A stretch of 64,000 bases of DNA from Macrostomum lignano (GCA_002269645.1 NIVC01003059.1:1-64000), one strand, 5' to 3'. Positions 36,501 to 49,977 are shown, counted from the stretch's first letter. The notes: a model not told the origin generated them from the sequence alone. A program made the numbers and translations.

Positions 36501-37100
36501 TATATAGTGCTAGTGCAGTGCAGAGTGCATAGCCATAGATTATAGAAAAGTAAAAGTTATAAGGGATAAGACAAAAGACATTAGTCAGATCAGATCTTAT
36601 CTTAGATCACATCACGATCACGAGAGACGAGACTGACCGGAGGACGAGAATTACAAGATCAGATGATTATGAATTAATTCACATTCACAATTCAATTCCC
36701 AGTAACACGATACAACGATACGCATTTCAAAAAAGAAATAAACAAGGTTAAGATTAAAACAACGGATGCACATTTGTGTGGCCTTGAATATAAAAATGTG
36801 AAATTTGGTGCCACATAATAAAAAATTATTATTAAGTATGCCAAGATTATATTTTATTTGTGCCTCGTAAAAAGAACTTTGAATAAATTTAATTTAATTA
36901 TGAAAACGAAATTGTATTTTTAAATGCCTATGCATATAGCTTTCTAGTCAGAGATGTACGACAGTGACAGTGTGGCCAACGACGGTACGACATGTACGAC
37001 AAAGAGCCCTTGCAAAAATGAACGATGTACGACATGTACGACAACCAACCTCAATGTACGACGGAAATTTCCGTCGTACACCCGTCCTTCTGCACTATGG
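30532..37100 (-). mobile_element. Divergent hAT-like DNA transposon (6569 bp), apparently autonomous
   Basis: TIRs CCAT(G/A)GTGCAGAAGGA...GTGTACGACGGAA. 8-bp TSD CACTCCAC at 30524-30531 and 37101-37108, matching the empty site GAGTTC-CACTCCAC-TCTATC in other units. Subterminal GTACGAC repeats and a transposase gene. Confidence 0.92.
30767..35043 (-). CDS. hAT-like DDE transposase, 9 exons, predicted ~1140 aa
   Basis: Manual GT-AG model, all junctions in phase: 35043-33890, 33787-33458, 33355-33185, 33086-32705, 32603-32374, 32280-32019, 31919-31660, 31511-31213, 31101-30767 (3423 nt = 1141 codons including stop). Motifs: CVDC..HRSRWH zinc-finger-like; YCVPC...KHLSGIEAVGH (TTF-like); ACDKST (D1); IADGQY (D2); WDPAHFINLAV; SQRF; GTEAIVESFYS (E, dimerisation region). 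The start codon is the least certain part. Confidence 0.85.
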
Positions 37101-37496
37101 CACTCCACTCTATCAAGTCAAGGGATTCGATTCGCGTTTCATATTTTGTATGCGCACTTTGCATTTGCACGCGGTAACGCTAATGCACTTATGCACTGTG
37201 TATTAATAGTTTTACGAGTATCTCCATCTCTCACATGGGAATTTTACTTGATTTATAGCCATCAATCAATCAACTAGGAGGCGCGTTTGTGTGCACACTT
37301 TCTAAACATGTCGGCTAAAAGAAAGAAAGAAACTTTTTCGTGCAGCTCTTTTCAAGCTCTAGTGCAAAATAATGCTGCACTAGTCGGCAAAACTTACTTG
37401 GAGTAGATAAAGTTCAACAAAATAATTTGCCCTAGGGCTCGAGGCTCAAACGGAGAGCTGTGCACTCAGTGAGAGCCGGTTCCAGCTCGTCTCTTT

Positions 37497-37610
37497 GCCG
37501 TATCGACGGTCTCTTACTGCGAAGACTCTTAATTTTGCATGGTAAGACACCGCGTGGATCCAATTGAGCGATCTACTCAATTTTTGACAAGCCGCGCTAC
37601 CGCGGCTGCC
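37497..37610 (+). ncRNA. SL RNA gene
   Basis: Array copy. Confidence 0.9.
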
Positions 37611-38448
37611 TAACAAAGCTAAAGACAACATCAATTAATTATAGTTGGTTGATTGTAATTCTGGATTTAGCGTGTCCTACTAATTATTTTAAACTAAATA
37701 TTCTATTTACCCGCAAGTTGTAAATTAGTTGTTGCACCATTATAGCATAGCATGATATAGCGCGCATATGCATCGCGGTGTACAGAGGCTATACTAGGCT
37801 ATACTAGATCTCTTCGAGTTGCAATAATCAAATGTAATTTCTTAGATCGCTCTATGCGTGCGGATGTGCATATGTACATGTACAACTTTGTTGATGGCGC
37901 CAACAATGAATTATACTCAGCAACATTGAAAAGTCGCCATCACAGAAGATTCCGTCTGTGGTCGCCACTTTTGAGAGAGTGCAGGTAAAGTCTCTCTCAA
38001 TATTTGCGAGCGACGCAACTCAGCTACGCCACGGCAGACTTGAGTTGAGGAATGGAGTGGGGGAGCGGTGTGCGAGGTTTGGACGGATCAAAGCTACCCC
38101 GATCAGTTTTTCTGGCATCTTTTATTTCAGAATAGTCCAAGACAAATTGATCACTGGCGCATAGAGTGGCGACTTTTCAATGTTGCTGAGTATACAGAGT
38201 CAAGCTGGACTGTACGCGTTACTGTTTGCGTTGAGCTAGTTAGGTTGACTTTGACTTGACTGCAAATCACCACTATAGTTCACTATATACTACGAGCGCG
38301 GTAAATCCGTCCGCATTACTAATTATATATTACAATAATTAGAGTATAGACGAGAGGCGGCCCACACAATTGATCCGTACCGTATGGTCCGTATATACAT
38401 GTAGCTGCAGGTTCAGGTTAATTATGAGCTCAGCTCCTATCAGCCAGT

Positions 38449-38567
38449 GGCAACGGCCATACCACGTTGAAAACACCGGTTCTCGTCTGATCACCGAAGT
38501 TAAGCAACGTTGGGTTTGGTTAGTACTTGGATGGGTGACCGCCTGGGAATACCAAATGCTGTTGTCT
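38449..38567 (+). rRNA. 5S rRNA
   Basis: Array copy. Confidence 0.98.
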
Positions 38568-39143
38568 TTTTTGCCTCTTTAACTGCATGCCGCGCGCTCA
38601 TCAACTAACTCCAGCTGCTGCATGCATTAATACTTAGGCCCAGGCCCACTAATCCGCCCGCGCCCGCCAACTGGATTGGATGCTGCTTGAATTTTTACCA
38701 TACGGGCATACGGCATAGGTGTCTGCTGATTCCTTCCTTTCGAGTTCCACTCCACTCTATCAAGTCAAGGGATTCGATTCGCGTTTCATATTTTGTATGC
38801 GCACTTTGCATTTGCACGCGGTAACGCTAATGCACTTATGCACTGTGTATTAATAGTTTTACGAGTATCTCCATTTCTCACATGGGAATTTTACTTGATT
38901 TATAGCCATCAATCAATCAACTAGGAGGCGCGTTTGTGTGCACACTTTCTAAACATGTCGGCTAAAAGAAAGAAAGAAACTTTTTCGCGCAGCTCTTTTC
39001 AAGCTCTAGTGCAAAATAATGCTGCACTAGTCGGCAAAACTTACTTGGAGTAGATAAAGTTCAACAAAATAATTTGCCCTAGGGCTCGAGGCTCAAACGG
39101 AGAGCTGTGCACTCAGTGAGAGCCGGTTCCAGCTCGTCTCTTT

Positions 39144-39257
39144 GCCGTATCGACGGTCTCTTACTGCGAAGACTCTTAATTTTGCATGGTAAGACACCGC
39201 GTGGATCCAATTGAGCGATCTACTCAATTTTTGACAAGCCGCGCTACCGCGGCTGCC
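39144..39257 (+). ncRNA. SL RNA gene
   Basis: Array copy. Confidence 0.9.
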
Positions 39258-40095
39258 TAACAAAGCTAAAGACAACATCAATTAATTATAGTTGGTTGAT
39301 TGTAATTCTGGATTTAGCGTGTCCTACTAATTATTTTAAACTAAATATTCTATTTACCCGCAAGTTGTAAATTAGTTGTTGCACCATTATAGCATAGCAT
39401 GATATAGCGCGCATATGCATCGCGGTGTACAGAGGCTATACTAGGCTATACTAGATCTCTTCGAGTTGCAATAATCAAATGTAATTTCTTAGATCGCTCT
39501 ATGCGTGCGGATGTGCATATGTACATGTACAACTTTGTTGATGGCGCCAACAATGAATTATACTCAGCAACATTGAAAAGTCGCCATCACAGAAGATTCC
39601 GTCTGTGGTCGCCACTTTTGAGAGAGTGCAGGTAAAGTCTCTCTCAATATTTGCGAGCGACGCAACTCAGCTACGCCACGGCAGACTTGAGTTGAGGAAT
39701 GGAGTGGGGGAGCGGTGTGCGAGGTTTGGACGGATCAAAGCTACCCCGATCAGTTTTTCTGGCATCTTTTATTTCAGAATAGTCCAAGACAAATTGATCA
39801 CTGGCGCATAGAGTGGCGACTTTTCAATGTTGCTGAGTATACAGAGTCAAGCTGGACTGTACGCGTTACTGTTTGCGTTGAGCTAGTTAGGTTGACTTTG
39901 ACTTGACTGCAAATCACCACTATAGTTCACTATATACTACGAGCGCGGTAAATCCGTCCGCATTACTAATTATATATTACAATAATTAGAGTATAGACGA
40001 GAGGCGGCCCACACAATTGATCCGTACCGTATGGTCCGTATATACATGTAGCTGCAGGTTCAGGTTAATTATGAGCTCAGCTCCTATCAGCCAGT

Positions 40096-40214
40096 GGCAA
40101 CGGCCATACCACGTTGAAAACACCGGTTCTCGTCTGATCACCGAAGTTAAGCAACGTTGGGTTTGGTTAGTACTTGGATGGGTGACCGCCTGGGAATACC
40201 AAATGCTGTTGTCT
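40096..40214 (+). rRNA. 5S rRNA
   Basis: Array copy. Confidence 0.98.
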
Positions 40215-40790
40215 TTTTTGCCTCTTTAACTGCATGCCGCGCGCTCATCAACTAACTCCAGCTGCTGCATGCATTAATACTTAGGCCCAGGCCCACTAAT
40301 CCGCCCGCGCCCGCCAACTGGATTGGATGCTGCTTGAATTTTTACCATACGGGCATACGGCATAGGTGTCTGCTGATTCCTTCCTTTCGAGTTCCACTCC
40401 ACTCTATCAAGTCAAGGGATTCGATTCGCGTTTCATATTTTGTATGCGCACTTTGCATTTGCACGCGGTAACGCTAATGCACTTATGCACTGTGTATTAA
40501 TAGTTTTACGAGTATCTCCATTTCTCACATGGGAATTTTACTTGATTTATAGCCATCAATCAATCAACTAGGAGGCGCGTTTGTGTGCACACTTTCTAAA
40601 CATGTCGGCTAAAAGAAAGAAAGAAACTTTTTCGCGCAGCTCTTTTCAAGCTCTAGTGCAAAATAATGCTGCACTAGTCGGCAAAACTTACTTGGAGTAG
40701 ATAAAGTTCAACAAAATAATTTGCCCTAGGGCTCGAGGCTCAAACGGAGAGCTGTGCACTCAGTGAGAGCCGGTTCCAGCTCGTCTCTTT

Positions 40791-40904
40791 GCCGTATCGA
40801 CGGTCTCTTACTGCGAAGACTCTTAATTTTGCATGGTAAGACACCGCGTGGATCCAATTGAGCGATCTACTCAATTTTTGACAAGCCGCGCTACCGCGGC
40901 TGCC
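40791..40904 (+). ncRNA. SL RNA gene
   Basis: Array copy. Confidence 0.9.
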
Positions 40905-41742
40905 TAACAAAGCTAAAGACAACATCAATTAATTATAGTTGGTTGATTGTAATTCTGGATTTAGCGTGTCCTACTAATTATTTTAAACTAAATATTCTAT
41001 TTACCCGCAAGTTGTAAATTAGTTGTTGCACCATTATAGCATAGCATGATATAGCGCGCATATGCATCGCGGTGTACAGAGGCTATACTAGGCTATACTA
41101 GATCTCTTCGAGTTGCAATAATCAAATGTAATTTCTTAGATCGCTCTATGCGTGCGGATGTGCATATGTACATGTACAACTTTGTTGATGGCGCCAACAA
41201 TGAATTATACTCAGCAACATTGAAAAGTCGCCATCACAGAAGATTCCGTCTGTGGTCGCCACTTTTGAGAGAGTGCAGGTAAAGTCTCTCTCAATATTTG
41301 CGAGCGACGCAACTCAGCTACGCCACGGCAGACTTGAGTTGAGGAATGGAGTGGGGGAGCGGTGTGCGAGGTTTGGACGGATCAAAGCTACCCCGATCAG
41401 TTTTTCTGGCATCTTTTATTTCAGAATAGTCCAAGACAAATTGATCACTGGCGCATAGAGTGGCGACTTTTCAATGTTGCTGAGTATACAGAGTCAAGCT
41501 GGACTGTACGCGTTACTGTTTGCGTTGAGCTAGTTAGGTTGACTTTGACTTGACTGCAAATCACCACTATAGTTCACTATATACTACGAGCGCGGTAAAT
41601 CCGTCCGCATTACTAATTATATATTACAATAATTAGAGTATAGACGAGAGGCGGCCCACACAATTGATCCGTACCGTATGGTCCGTATATACATGTAGCT
41701 GCAGGTTCAGGTTAATTATGAGCTCAGCTCCTATCAGCCAGT

Positions 41743-41861
41743 GGCAACGGCCATACCACGTTGAAAACACCGGTTCTCGTCTGATCACCGAAGTTAAGCA
41801 ACGTTGGGTTTGGTTAGTACTTGGATGGGTGACCGCCTGGGAATACCAAATGCTGTTGTCT
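41743..41861 (+). rRNA. 5S rRNA
   Basis: Array copy. Confidence 0.98.
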
Positions 41862-42437
41862 TTTTTGCCTCTTTAACTGCATGCCGCGCGCTCATCAACT
41901 AACTCCAGCTGCTGCATGCATTAATACTTAGGCCCAGGCCCACTAATCCGCCCGCGCCCGCCAACTGGATTGGATGCTGCTTGAATTTTTACCATACGGG
42001 CATACGGCATAGGTGTCTGCTGATTCCTTCCTTTCGAGTTCCACTCCACTCTATCAAGTCAAGGGATTCGATTCGCGTTTCATATTTTGTATGCGCACTT
42101 TGCATTTGCACGCGGTAACGCTAATGCACTTATGCACTGTGTATTAATAGTTTTACGAGTATCTCCATTTCTCACATGGGAATTTTACTTGATTTATAGC
42201 CATCAATCAATCAACTAGGAGGCGCGTTTGTGTGCACACTTTCTAAACATGTCGGCTAAAAGAAAGAAAGAAACTTTTTCGCGCAGCTCTTTTCAAGCTC
42301 TAGTGCAAAATAATGCTGCACTAGTCGGCAAAACTTACTTGGAGTAGATAAAGTTCAACAAAATAATTTGCCCTAGGGCTCGAGGCTCAAACGGAGAGCT
42401 GTGCACTCAGTGAGAGCCGGTTCCAGCTCGTCTCTTT

Positions 42438-42551
42438 GCCGTATCGACGGTCTCTTACTGCGAAGACTCTTAATTTTGCATGGTAAGACACCGCGTGGAT
42501 CCAATTGAGCGATCTACTCAATTTTTGACAAGCCGCGCTACCGCGGCTGCC
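42438..42551 (+). ncRNA. SL RNA gene
   Basis: Array copy. Confidence 0.9.
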
Positions 42552-43389
42552 TAACAAAGCTAAAGACAACATCAATTAATTATAGTTGGTTGATTGTAAT
42601 TCTGGATTTAGCGTGTCCTACTAATTATTTTAAACTAAATATTCTATTTACCCGCAAGTTGTAAATTAGTTGTTGCACCATTATAGCATAGCATGATATA
42701 GCGCGCATATGCATCGCGGTGTACAGAGGCTATACTAGGCTATACTAGATCTCTTCGAGTTGCAATAATCAAATGTAATTTCTTAGATCGCTCTATGCGT
42801 GCGGATGTGCATATGTACATGTACAACTTTGTTGATGGCGCCAACAATGAATTATACTCAGCAACATTGAAAAGTCGCCATCACAGAAGATTCCGTCTGT
42901 GGTCGCCACTTTTGAGAGAGTGCAGGTAAAGTCTCTCTCAATATTTGCGAGCGACGCAACTCAGCTACGCCACGGCAGACTTGAGTTGAGGAATGGAGTG
43001 GGGGAGCGGTGTGCGAGGTTTGGACGGATCAAAGCTACCCCGATCAGTTTTTCTGGCATCTTTTATTTCAGAATAGTCCAAGACAAATTGATCACTGGCG
43101 CATAGAGTGGCGACTTTTCAATGTTGCTGAGTATACAGAGTCAAGCTGGACTGTACGCGTTACTGTTTGCGTTGAGCTAGTTAGGTTGACTTTGACTTGA
43201 CTGCAAATCACCACTATAGTTCACTATATACTACGAGCGCGGTAAATCCGTCCGCATTACTAATTATATATTACAATAATTAGAGTATAGACGAGAGGCG
43301 GCCCACACAATTGATCCGTACCGTATGGTCCGTATATACATGTAGCTGCAGGTTCAGGTTAATTATGAGCTCAGCTCCTATCAGCCAGT

Positions 43390-43508
43390 GGCAACGGCCA
43401 TACCACGTTGAAAACACCGGTTCTCGTCTGATCACCGAAGTTAAGCAACGTTGGGTTTGGTTAGTACTTGGATGGGTGACCGCCTGGGAATACCAAATGC
43501 TGTTGTCT
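43390..43508 (+). rRNA. 5S rRNA
   Basis: Array copy. Confidence 0.98.
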
Positions 43509-44084
43509 TTTTTGCCTCTTTAACTGCATGCCGCGCGCTCATCAACTAACTCCAGCTGCTGCATGCATTAATACTTAGGCCCAGGCCCACTAATCCGCCC
43601 GCGCCCGCCAACTGGATTGGATGCTGCTTGAATTTTTACCATACGGGCATACGGCATAGGTGTCTGCTGATTCCTTCCTTTCGAGTTCCACTCCACTCTA
43701 TCAAGTCAAGGGATTCGATTCGCGTTTCATATTTTGTATGCGCACTTTGCATTTGCACGCGGTAACGCTAATGCACTTATGCACTGTGTATTAATAGTTT
43801 TACGAGTATCTCCATTTCTCACATGGGAATTTTACTTGATTTATAGCCATCAATCAATCAACTAGGAGGCGCGTTTGTGTGCACACTTTCTAAACATGTC
43901 GGCTAAAAGAAAGAAAGAAACTTTTTCGCGCAGCTCTTTTCAAGCTCTAGTGCAAAATAATGCTGCACTAGTCGGCAAAACTTACTTGGAGTAGATAAAG
44001 TTCAACAAAATAATTTGCCCTAGGGCTCGAGGCTCAAACGGAGAGCTGTGCACTCAGTGAGAGCCGGTTCCAGCTCGTCTCTTT

Positions 44085-44198
44085 GCCGTATCGACGGTCT
44101 CTTACTGCGAAGACTCTTAATTTTGCATGGTAAGACACCGCGTGGATCCAATTGAGCGATCTACTCAATTTTTGACAAGCCGCGCTACCGCGGCTGCC
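44085..44198 (+). ncRNA. SL RNA gene
   Basis: Array copy. Confidence 0.9.
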
Positions 44199-45036
44199 TA
44201 ACAAAGCTAAAGACAACATCAATTAATTATAGTTGGTTGATTGTAATTCTGGATTTAGCGTGTCCTACTAATTATTTTAAACTAAATATTCTATTTACCC
44301 GCAAGTTGTAAATTAGTTGTTGCACCATTATAGCATAGCATGATATAGCGCGCATATGCATCGCGGTGTACAGAGGCTATACTAGGCTATACTAGATCTC
44401 TTCGAGTTGCAATAATCAAATGTAATTTCTTAGATCGCTCTATGCGTGCGGATGTGCATATGTACATGTACAACTTTGTTGATGGCGCCAACAATGAATT
44501 ATACTCAGCAACATTGAAAAGTCGCCATCACAGAAGATTCCGTCTGTGGTCGCCACTTTTGAGAGAGTGCAGGTAAAGTCTCTCTCAATATTTGCGAGCG
44601 ACGCAACTCAGCTACGCCACGGCAGACTTGAGTTGAGGAATGGAGTGGGGGAGCGGTGTGCGAGGTTTGGACGGATCAAAGCTACCCCGATCAGTTTTTC
44701 TGGCATCTTTTATTTCAGAATAGTCCAAGACAAATTGATCACTGGCGCATAGAGTGGCGACTTTTCAATGTTGCTGAGTATACAGAGTCAAGCTGGACTG
44801 TACGCGTTACTGTTTGCGTTGAGCTAGTTAGGTTGACTTTGACTTGACTGCAAATCACCACTATAGTTCACTATATACTACGAGCGCGGTAAATCCGTCC
44901 GCATTACTAATTATATATTACAATAATTAGAGTATAGACGAGAGGCGGCCCACACAATTGATCCGTACCGTATGGTCCGTATATACATGTAGCTGCAGGT
45001 TCAGGTTAATTATGAGCTCAGCTCCTATCAGCCAGT

Positions 45037-45155
45037 GGCAACGGCCATACCACGTTGAAAACACCGGTTCTCGTCTGATCACCGAAGTTAAGCAACGTTG
45101 GGTTTGGTTAGTACTTGGATGGGTGACCGCCTGGGAATACCAAATGCTGTTGTCT
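45037..45155 (+). rRNA. 5S rRNA
   Basis: Array copy. Confidence 0.98.
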
Positions 45156-45731
45156 TTTTTGCCTCTTTAACTGCATGCCGCGCGCTCATCAACTAACTCC
45201 AGCTGCTGCATGCATTAATACTTAGGCCCAGGCCCACTAATCCGCCCGCGCCCGCCAACTGGATTGGATGCTGCTTGAATTTTTACCATACGGGCATACG
45301 GCATAGGTGTCTGCTGATTCCTTCCTTTCGAGTTCCACTCCACTCTATCAAGTCAAGGGATTCGATTCGCGTTTCATATTTTGTATGCGCACTTTGCATT
45401 TGCACGCGGTAACGCTAATGCACTTATGCACTGTGTATTAATAGTTTTACGAGTATCTCCATTTCTCACATGGGAATTTTACTTGATTTATAGCCATCAA
45501 TCAATCAACTAGGAGGCGCGTTTGTGTGCACACTTTCTAAACATGTCGGCTAAAAGAAAGAAAGAAACTTTTTCGCGCAGCTCTTTTCAAGCTCTAGTGC
45601 AAAATAATGCTGCACTAGTCGGCAAAACTTACTTGGAGTAGATAAAGTTCAACAAAATAATTTGCCCTAGGGCTCGAGGCTCAAACGGAGAGCTGTGCAC
45701 TCAGTGAGAGCCGGTTCCAGCTCGTCTCTTT

Positions 45732-45845
45732 GCCGTATCGACGGTCTCTTACTGCGAAGACTCTTAATTTTGCATGGTAAGACACCGCGTGGATCCAATT
45801 GAGCGATCTACTCAATTTTTGACAAGCCGCGCTACCGCGGCTGCC
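45732..45845 (+). ncRNA. SL RNA gene
   Basis: Array copy. Confidence 0.9.
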
Positions 45846-46683
45846 TAACAAAGCTAAAGACAACATCAATTAATTATAGTTGGTTGATTGTAATTCTGGA
45901 TTTAGCGTGTCCTACTAATTATTTTAAACTAAATATTCTATTTACCCGCAAGTTGTAAATTAGTTGTTGCACCATTATAGCATAGCATGATATAGCGCGC
46001 ATATGCATCGCGGTGTACAGAGGCTATACTAGGCTATACTAGATCTCTTCGAGTTGCAATAATCAAATGTAATTTCTTAGATCGCTCTATGCGTGCGGAT
46101 GTGCATATGTACATGTACAACTTTGTTGATGGCGCCAACAATGAATTATACTCAGCAACATTGAAAAGTCGCCATCACAGAAGATTCCGTCTGTGGTCGC
46201 CACTTTTGAGAGAGTGCAGGTAAAGTCTCTCTCAATATTTGCGAGCGACGCAACTCAGCTACGCCACGGCAGACTTGAGTTGAGGAATGGAGTGGGGGAG
46301 CGGTGTGCGAGGTTTGGACGGATCAAAGCTACCCCGATCAGTTTTTCTGGCATCTTTTATTTCAGAATAGTCCAAGACAAATTGATCACTGGCGCATAGA
46401 GTGGCGACTTTTCAATGTTGCTGAGTATACAGAGTCAAGCTGGACTGTACGCGTTACTGTTTGCGTTGAGCTAGTTAGGTTGACTTTGACTTGACTGCAA
46501 ATCACCACTATAGTTCACTATATACTACGAGCGCGGTAAATCCGTCCGCATTACTAATTATATATTACAATAATTAGAGTATAGACGAGAGGCGGCCCAC
46601 ACAATTGATCCGTACCGTATGGTCCGTATATACATGTAGCTGCAGGTTCAGGTTAATTATGAGCTCAGCTCCTATCAGCCAGT

Positions 46684-46802
46684 GGCAACGGCCATACCAC
46701 GTTGAAAACACCGGTTCTCGTCTGATCACCGAAGTTAAGCAACGTTGGGTTTGGTTAGTACTTGGATGGGTGACCGCCTGGGAATACCAAATGCTGTTGT
46801 CT
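46684..46802 (+). rRNA. 5S rRNA
   Basis: Array copy. Confidence 0.98.
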
Positions 46803-47378
46803 TTTTTGCCTCTTTAACTGCATGCCGCGCGCTCATCAACTAACTCCAGCTGCTGCATGCATTAATACTTAGGCCCAGGCCCACTAATCCGCCCGCGCCC
46901 GCCAACTGGATTGGATGCTGCTTGAATTTTTACCATACGGGCATACGGCATAGGTGTCTGCTGATTCCTTCCTTTCGAGTTCCACTCCACTCTATCAAGT
47001 CAAGGGATTCGATTCGCGTTTCATATTTTGTATGCGCACTTTGCATTTGCACGCGGTAACGCTAATGCACTTATGCACTGTGTATTAATAGTTTTACGAG
47101 TATCTCCATTTCTCACATGGGAATTTTACTTGATTTATAGCCATCAATCAATCAACTAGGAGGCGCGTTTGTGTGCACACTTTCTAAACATGTCGGCTAA
47201 AAGAAAGAAAGAAACTTTTTCGCGCAGCTCTTTTCAAGCTCTAGTGCAAAATAATGCTGCACTAGTCGGCAAAACTTACTTGGAGTAGATAAAGTTCAAC
47301 AAAATAATTTGCCCTAGGGCTCGAGGCTCAAACGGAGAGCTGTGCACTCAGTGAGAGCCGGTTCCAGCTCGTCTCTTT

Positions 47379-47492
47379 GCCGTATCGACGGTCTCTTACT
47401 GCGAAGACTCTTAATTTTGCATGGTAAGACACCGCGTGGATCCAATTGAGCGATCTACTCAATTTTTGACAAGCCGCGCTACCGCGGCTGCC
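47379..47492 (+). ncRNA. SL RNA gene
   Basis: Array copy. Confidence 0.9.
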
Positions 47493-48330
47493 TAACAAAG
47501 CTAAAGACAACATCAATTAATTATAGTTGGTTGATTGTAATTCTGGATTTAGCGTGTCCTACTAATTATTTTAAACTAAATATTCTATTTACCCGCAAGT
47601 TGTAAATTAGTTGTTGCACCATTATAGCATAGCATGATATAGCGCGCATATGCATCGCGGTGTACAGAGGCTATACTAGGCTATACTAGATCTCTTCGAG
47701 TTGCAATAATCAAATGTAATTTCTTAGATCGCTCTATGCGTGCGGATGTGCATATGTACATGTACAACTTTGTTGATGGCGCCAACAATGAATTATACTC
47801 AGCAACATTGAAAAGTCGCCATCACAGAAGATTCCGTCTGTGGTCGCCACTTTTGAGAGAGTGCAGGTAAAGTCTCTCTCAATATTTGCGAGCGACGCAA
47901 CTCAGCTACGCCACGGCAGACTTGAGTTGAGGAATGGAGTGGGGGAGCGGTGTGCGAGGTTTGGACGGATCAAAGCTACCCCGATCAGTTTTTCTGGCAT
48001 CTTTTATTTCAGAATAGTCCAAGACAAATTGATCACTGGCGCATAGAGTGGCGACTTTTCAATGTTGCTGAGTATACAGAGTCAAGCTGGACTGTACGCG
48101 TTACTGTTTGCGTTGAGCTAGTTAGGTTGACTTTGACTTGACTGCAAATCACCACTATAGTTCACTATATACTACGAGCGCGGTAAATCCGTCCGCATTA
48201 CTAATTATATATTACAATAATTAGAGTATAGACGAGAGGCGGCCCACACAATTGATCCGTACCGTATGGTCCGTATATACATGTAGCTGCAGGTTCAGGT
48301 TAATTATGAGCTCAGCTCCTATCAGCCAGT

Positions 48331-48449
48331 GGCAACGGCCATACCACGTTGAAAACACCGGTTCTCGTCTGATCACCGAAGTTAAGCAACGTTGGGTTTG
48401 GTTAGTACTTGGATGGGTGACCGCCTGGGAATACCAAATGCTGTTGTCT
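48331..48449 (+). rRNA. 5S rRNA
   Basis: Array copy. Confidence 0.98.
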
Positions 48450-49025
48450 TTTTTGCCTCTTTAACTGCATGCCGCGCGCTCATCAACTAACTCCAGCTGC
48501 TGCATGCATTAATACTTAGGCCCAGGCCCACTAATCCGCCCGCGCCCGCCAACTGGATTGGATGCTGCTTGAATTTTTACCATACGGGCATACGGCATAG
48601 GTGTCTGCTGATTCCTTCCTTTCGAGTTCCACTCCACTCTATCAAGTCAAGGGATTCGATTCGCGTTTCATATTTTGTATGCGCACTTTGCATTTGCACG
48701 CGGTAACGCTAATGCACTTATGCACTGTGTATTAATAGTTTTACGAGTATCTCCATTTCTCACATGGGAATTTTACTTGATTTATAGCCATCAATCAATC
48801 AACTAGGAGGCGCGTTTGTGTGCACACTTTCTAAACATGTCGGCTAAAAGAAAGAAAGAAACTTTTTCGCGCAGCTCTTTTCAAGCTCTAGTGCAAAATA
48901 ATGCTGCACTAGTCGGCAAAACTTACTTGGAGTAGATAAAGTTCAACAAAATAATTTGCCCTAGGGCTCGAGGCTCAAACGGAGAGCTGTGCACTCAGTG
49001 AGAGCCGGTTCCAGCTCGTCTCTTT

Positions 49026-49139
49026 GCCGTATCGACGGTCTCTTACTGCGAAGACTCTTAATTTTGCATGGTAAGACACCGCGTGGATCCAATTGAGCGA
49101 TCTACTCAATTTTTGACAAGCCGCGCTACCGCGGCTGCC
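49026..49139 (+). ncRNA. SL RNA gene
   Basis: Array copy. Confidence 0.9.
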
Positions 49140-49977
49140 TAACAAAGCTAAAGACAACATCAATTAATTATAGTTGGTTGATTGTAATTCTGGATTTAGC
49201 GTGTCCTACTAATTATTTTAAACTAAATATTCTATTTACCCGCAAGTTGTAAATTAGTTGTTGCACCATTATAGCATAGCATGATATAGCGCGCATATGC
49301 ATCGCGGTGTACAGAGGCTATACTAGGCTATACTAGATCTCTTCGAGTTGCAATAATCAAATGTAATTTCTTAGATCGCTCTATGCGTGCGGATGTGCAT
49401 ATGTACATGTACAACTTTGTTGATGGCGCCAACAATGAATTATACTCAGCAACATTGAAAAGTCGCCATCACAGAAGATTCCGTCTGTGGTCGCCACTTT
49501 TGAGAGAGTGCAGGTAAAGTCTCTCTCAATATTTGCGAGCGACGCAACTCAGCTACGCCACGGCAGACTTGAGTTGAGGAATGGAGTGGGGGAGCGGTGT
49601 GCGAGGTTTGGACGGATCAAAGCTACCCCGATCAGTTTTTCTGGCATCTTTTATTTCAGAATAGTCCAAGACAAATTGATCACTGGCGCATAGAGTGGCG
49701 ACTTTTCAATGTTGCTGAGTATACAGAGTCAAGCTGGACTGTACGCGTTACTGTTTGCGTTGAGCTAGTTAGGTTGACTTTGACTTGACTGCAAATCACC
49801 ACTATAGTTCACTATATACTACGAGCGCGGTAAATCCGTCCGCATTACTAATTATATATTACAATAATTAGAGTATAGACGAGAGGCGGCCCACACAATT
49901 GATCCGTACCGTATGGTCCGTATATACATGTAGCTGCAGGTTCAGGTTAATTATGAGCTCAGCTCCTATCAGCCAGT

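Noticed and set aside
35100-36950. Short ORF (36098-36361) and GTCA/CAACT micro-repeats in the hAT 5' region
   Set aside because: AT-rich low-complexity non-coding sequence with no supported product.
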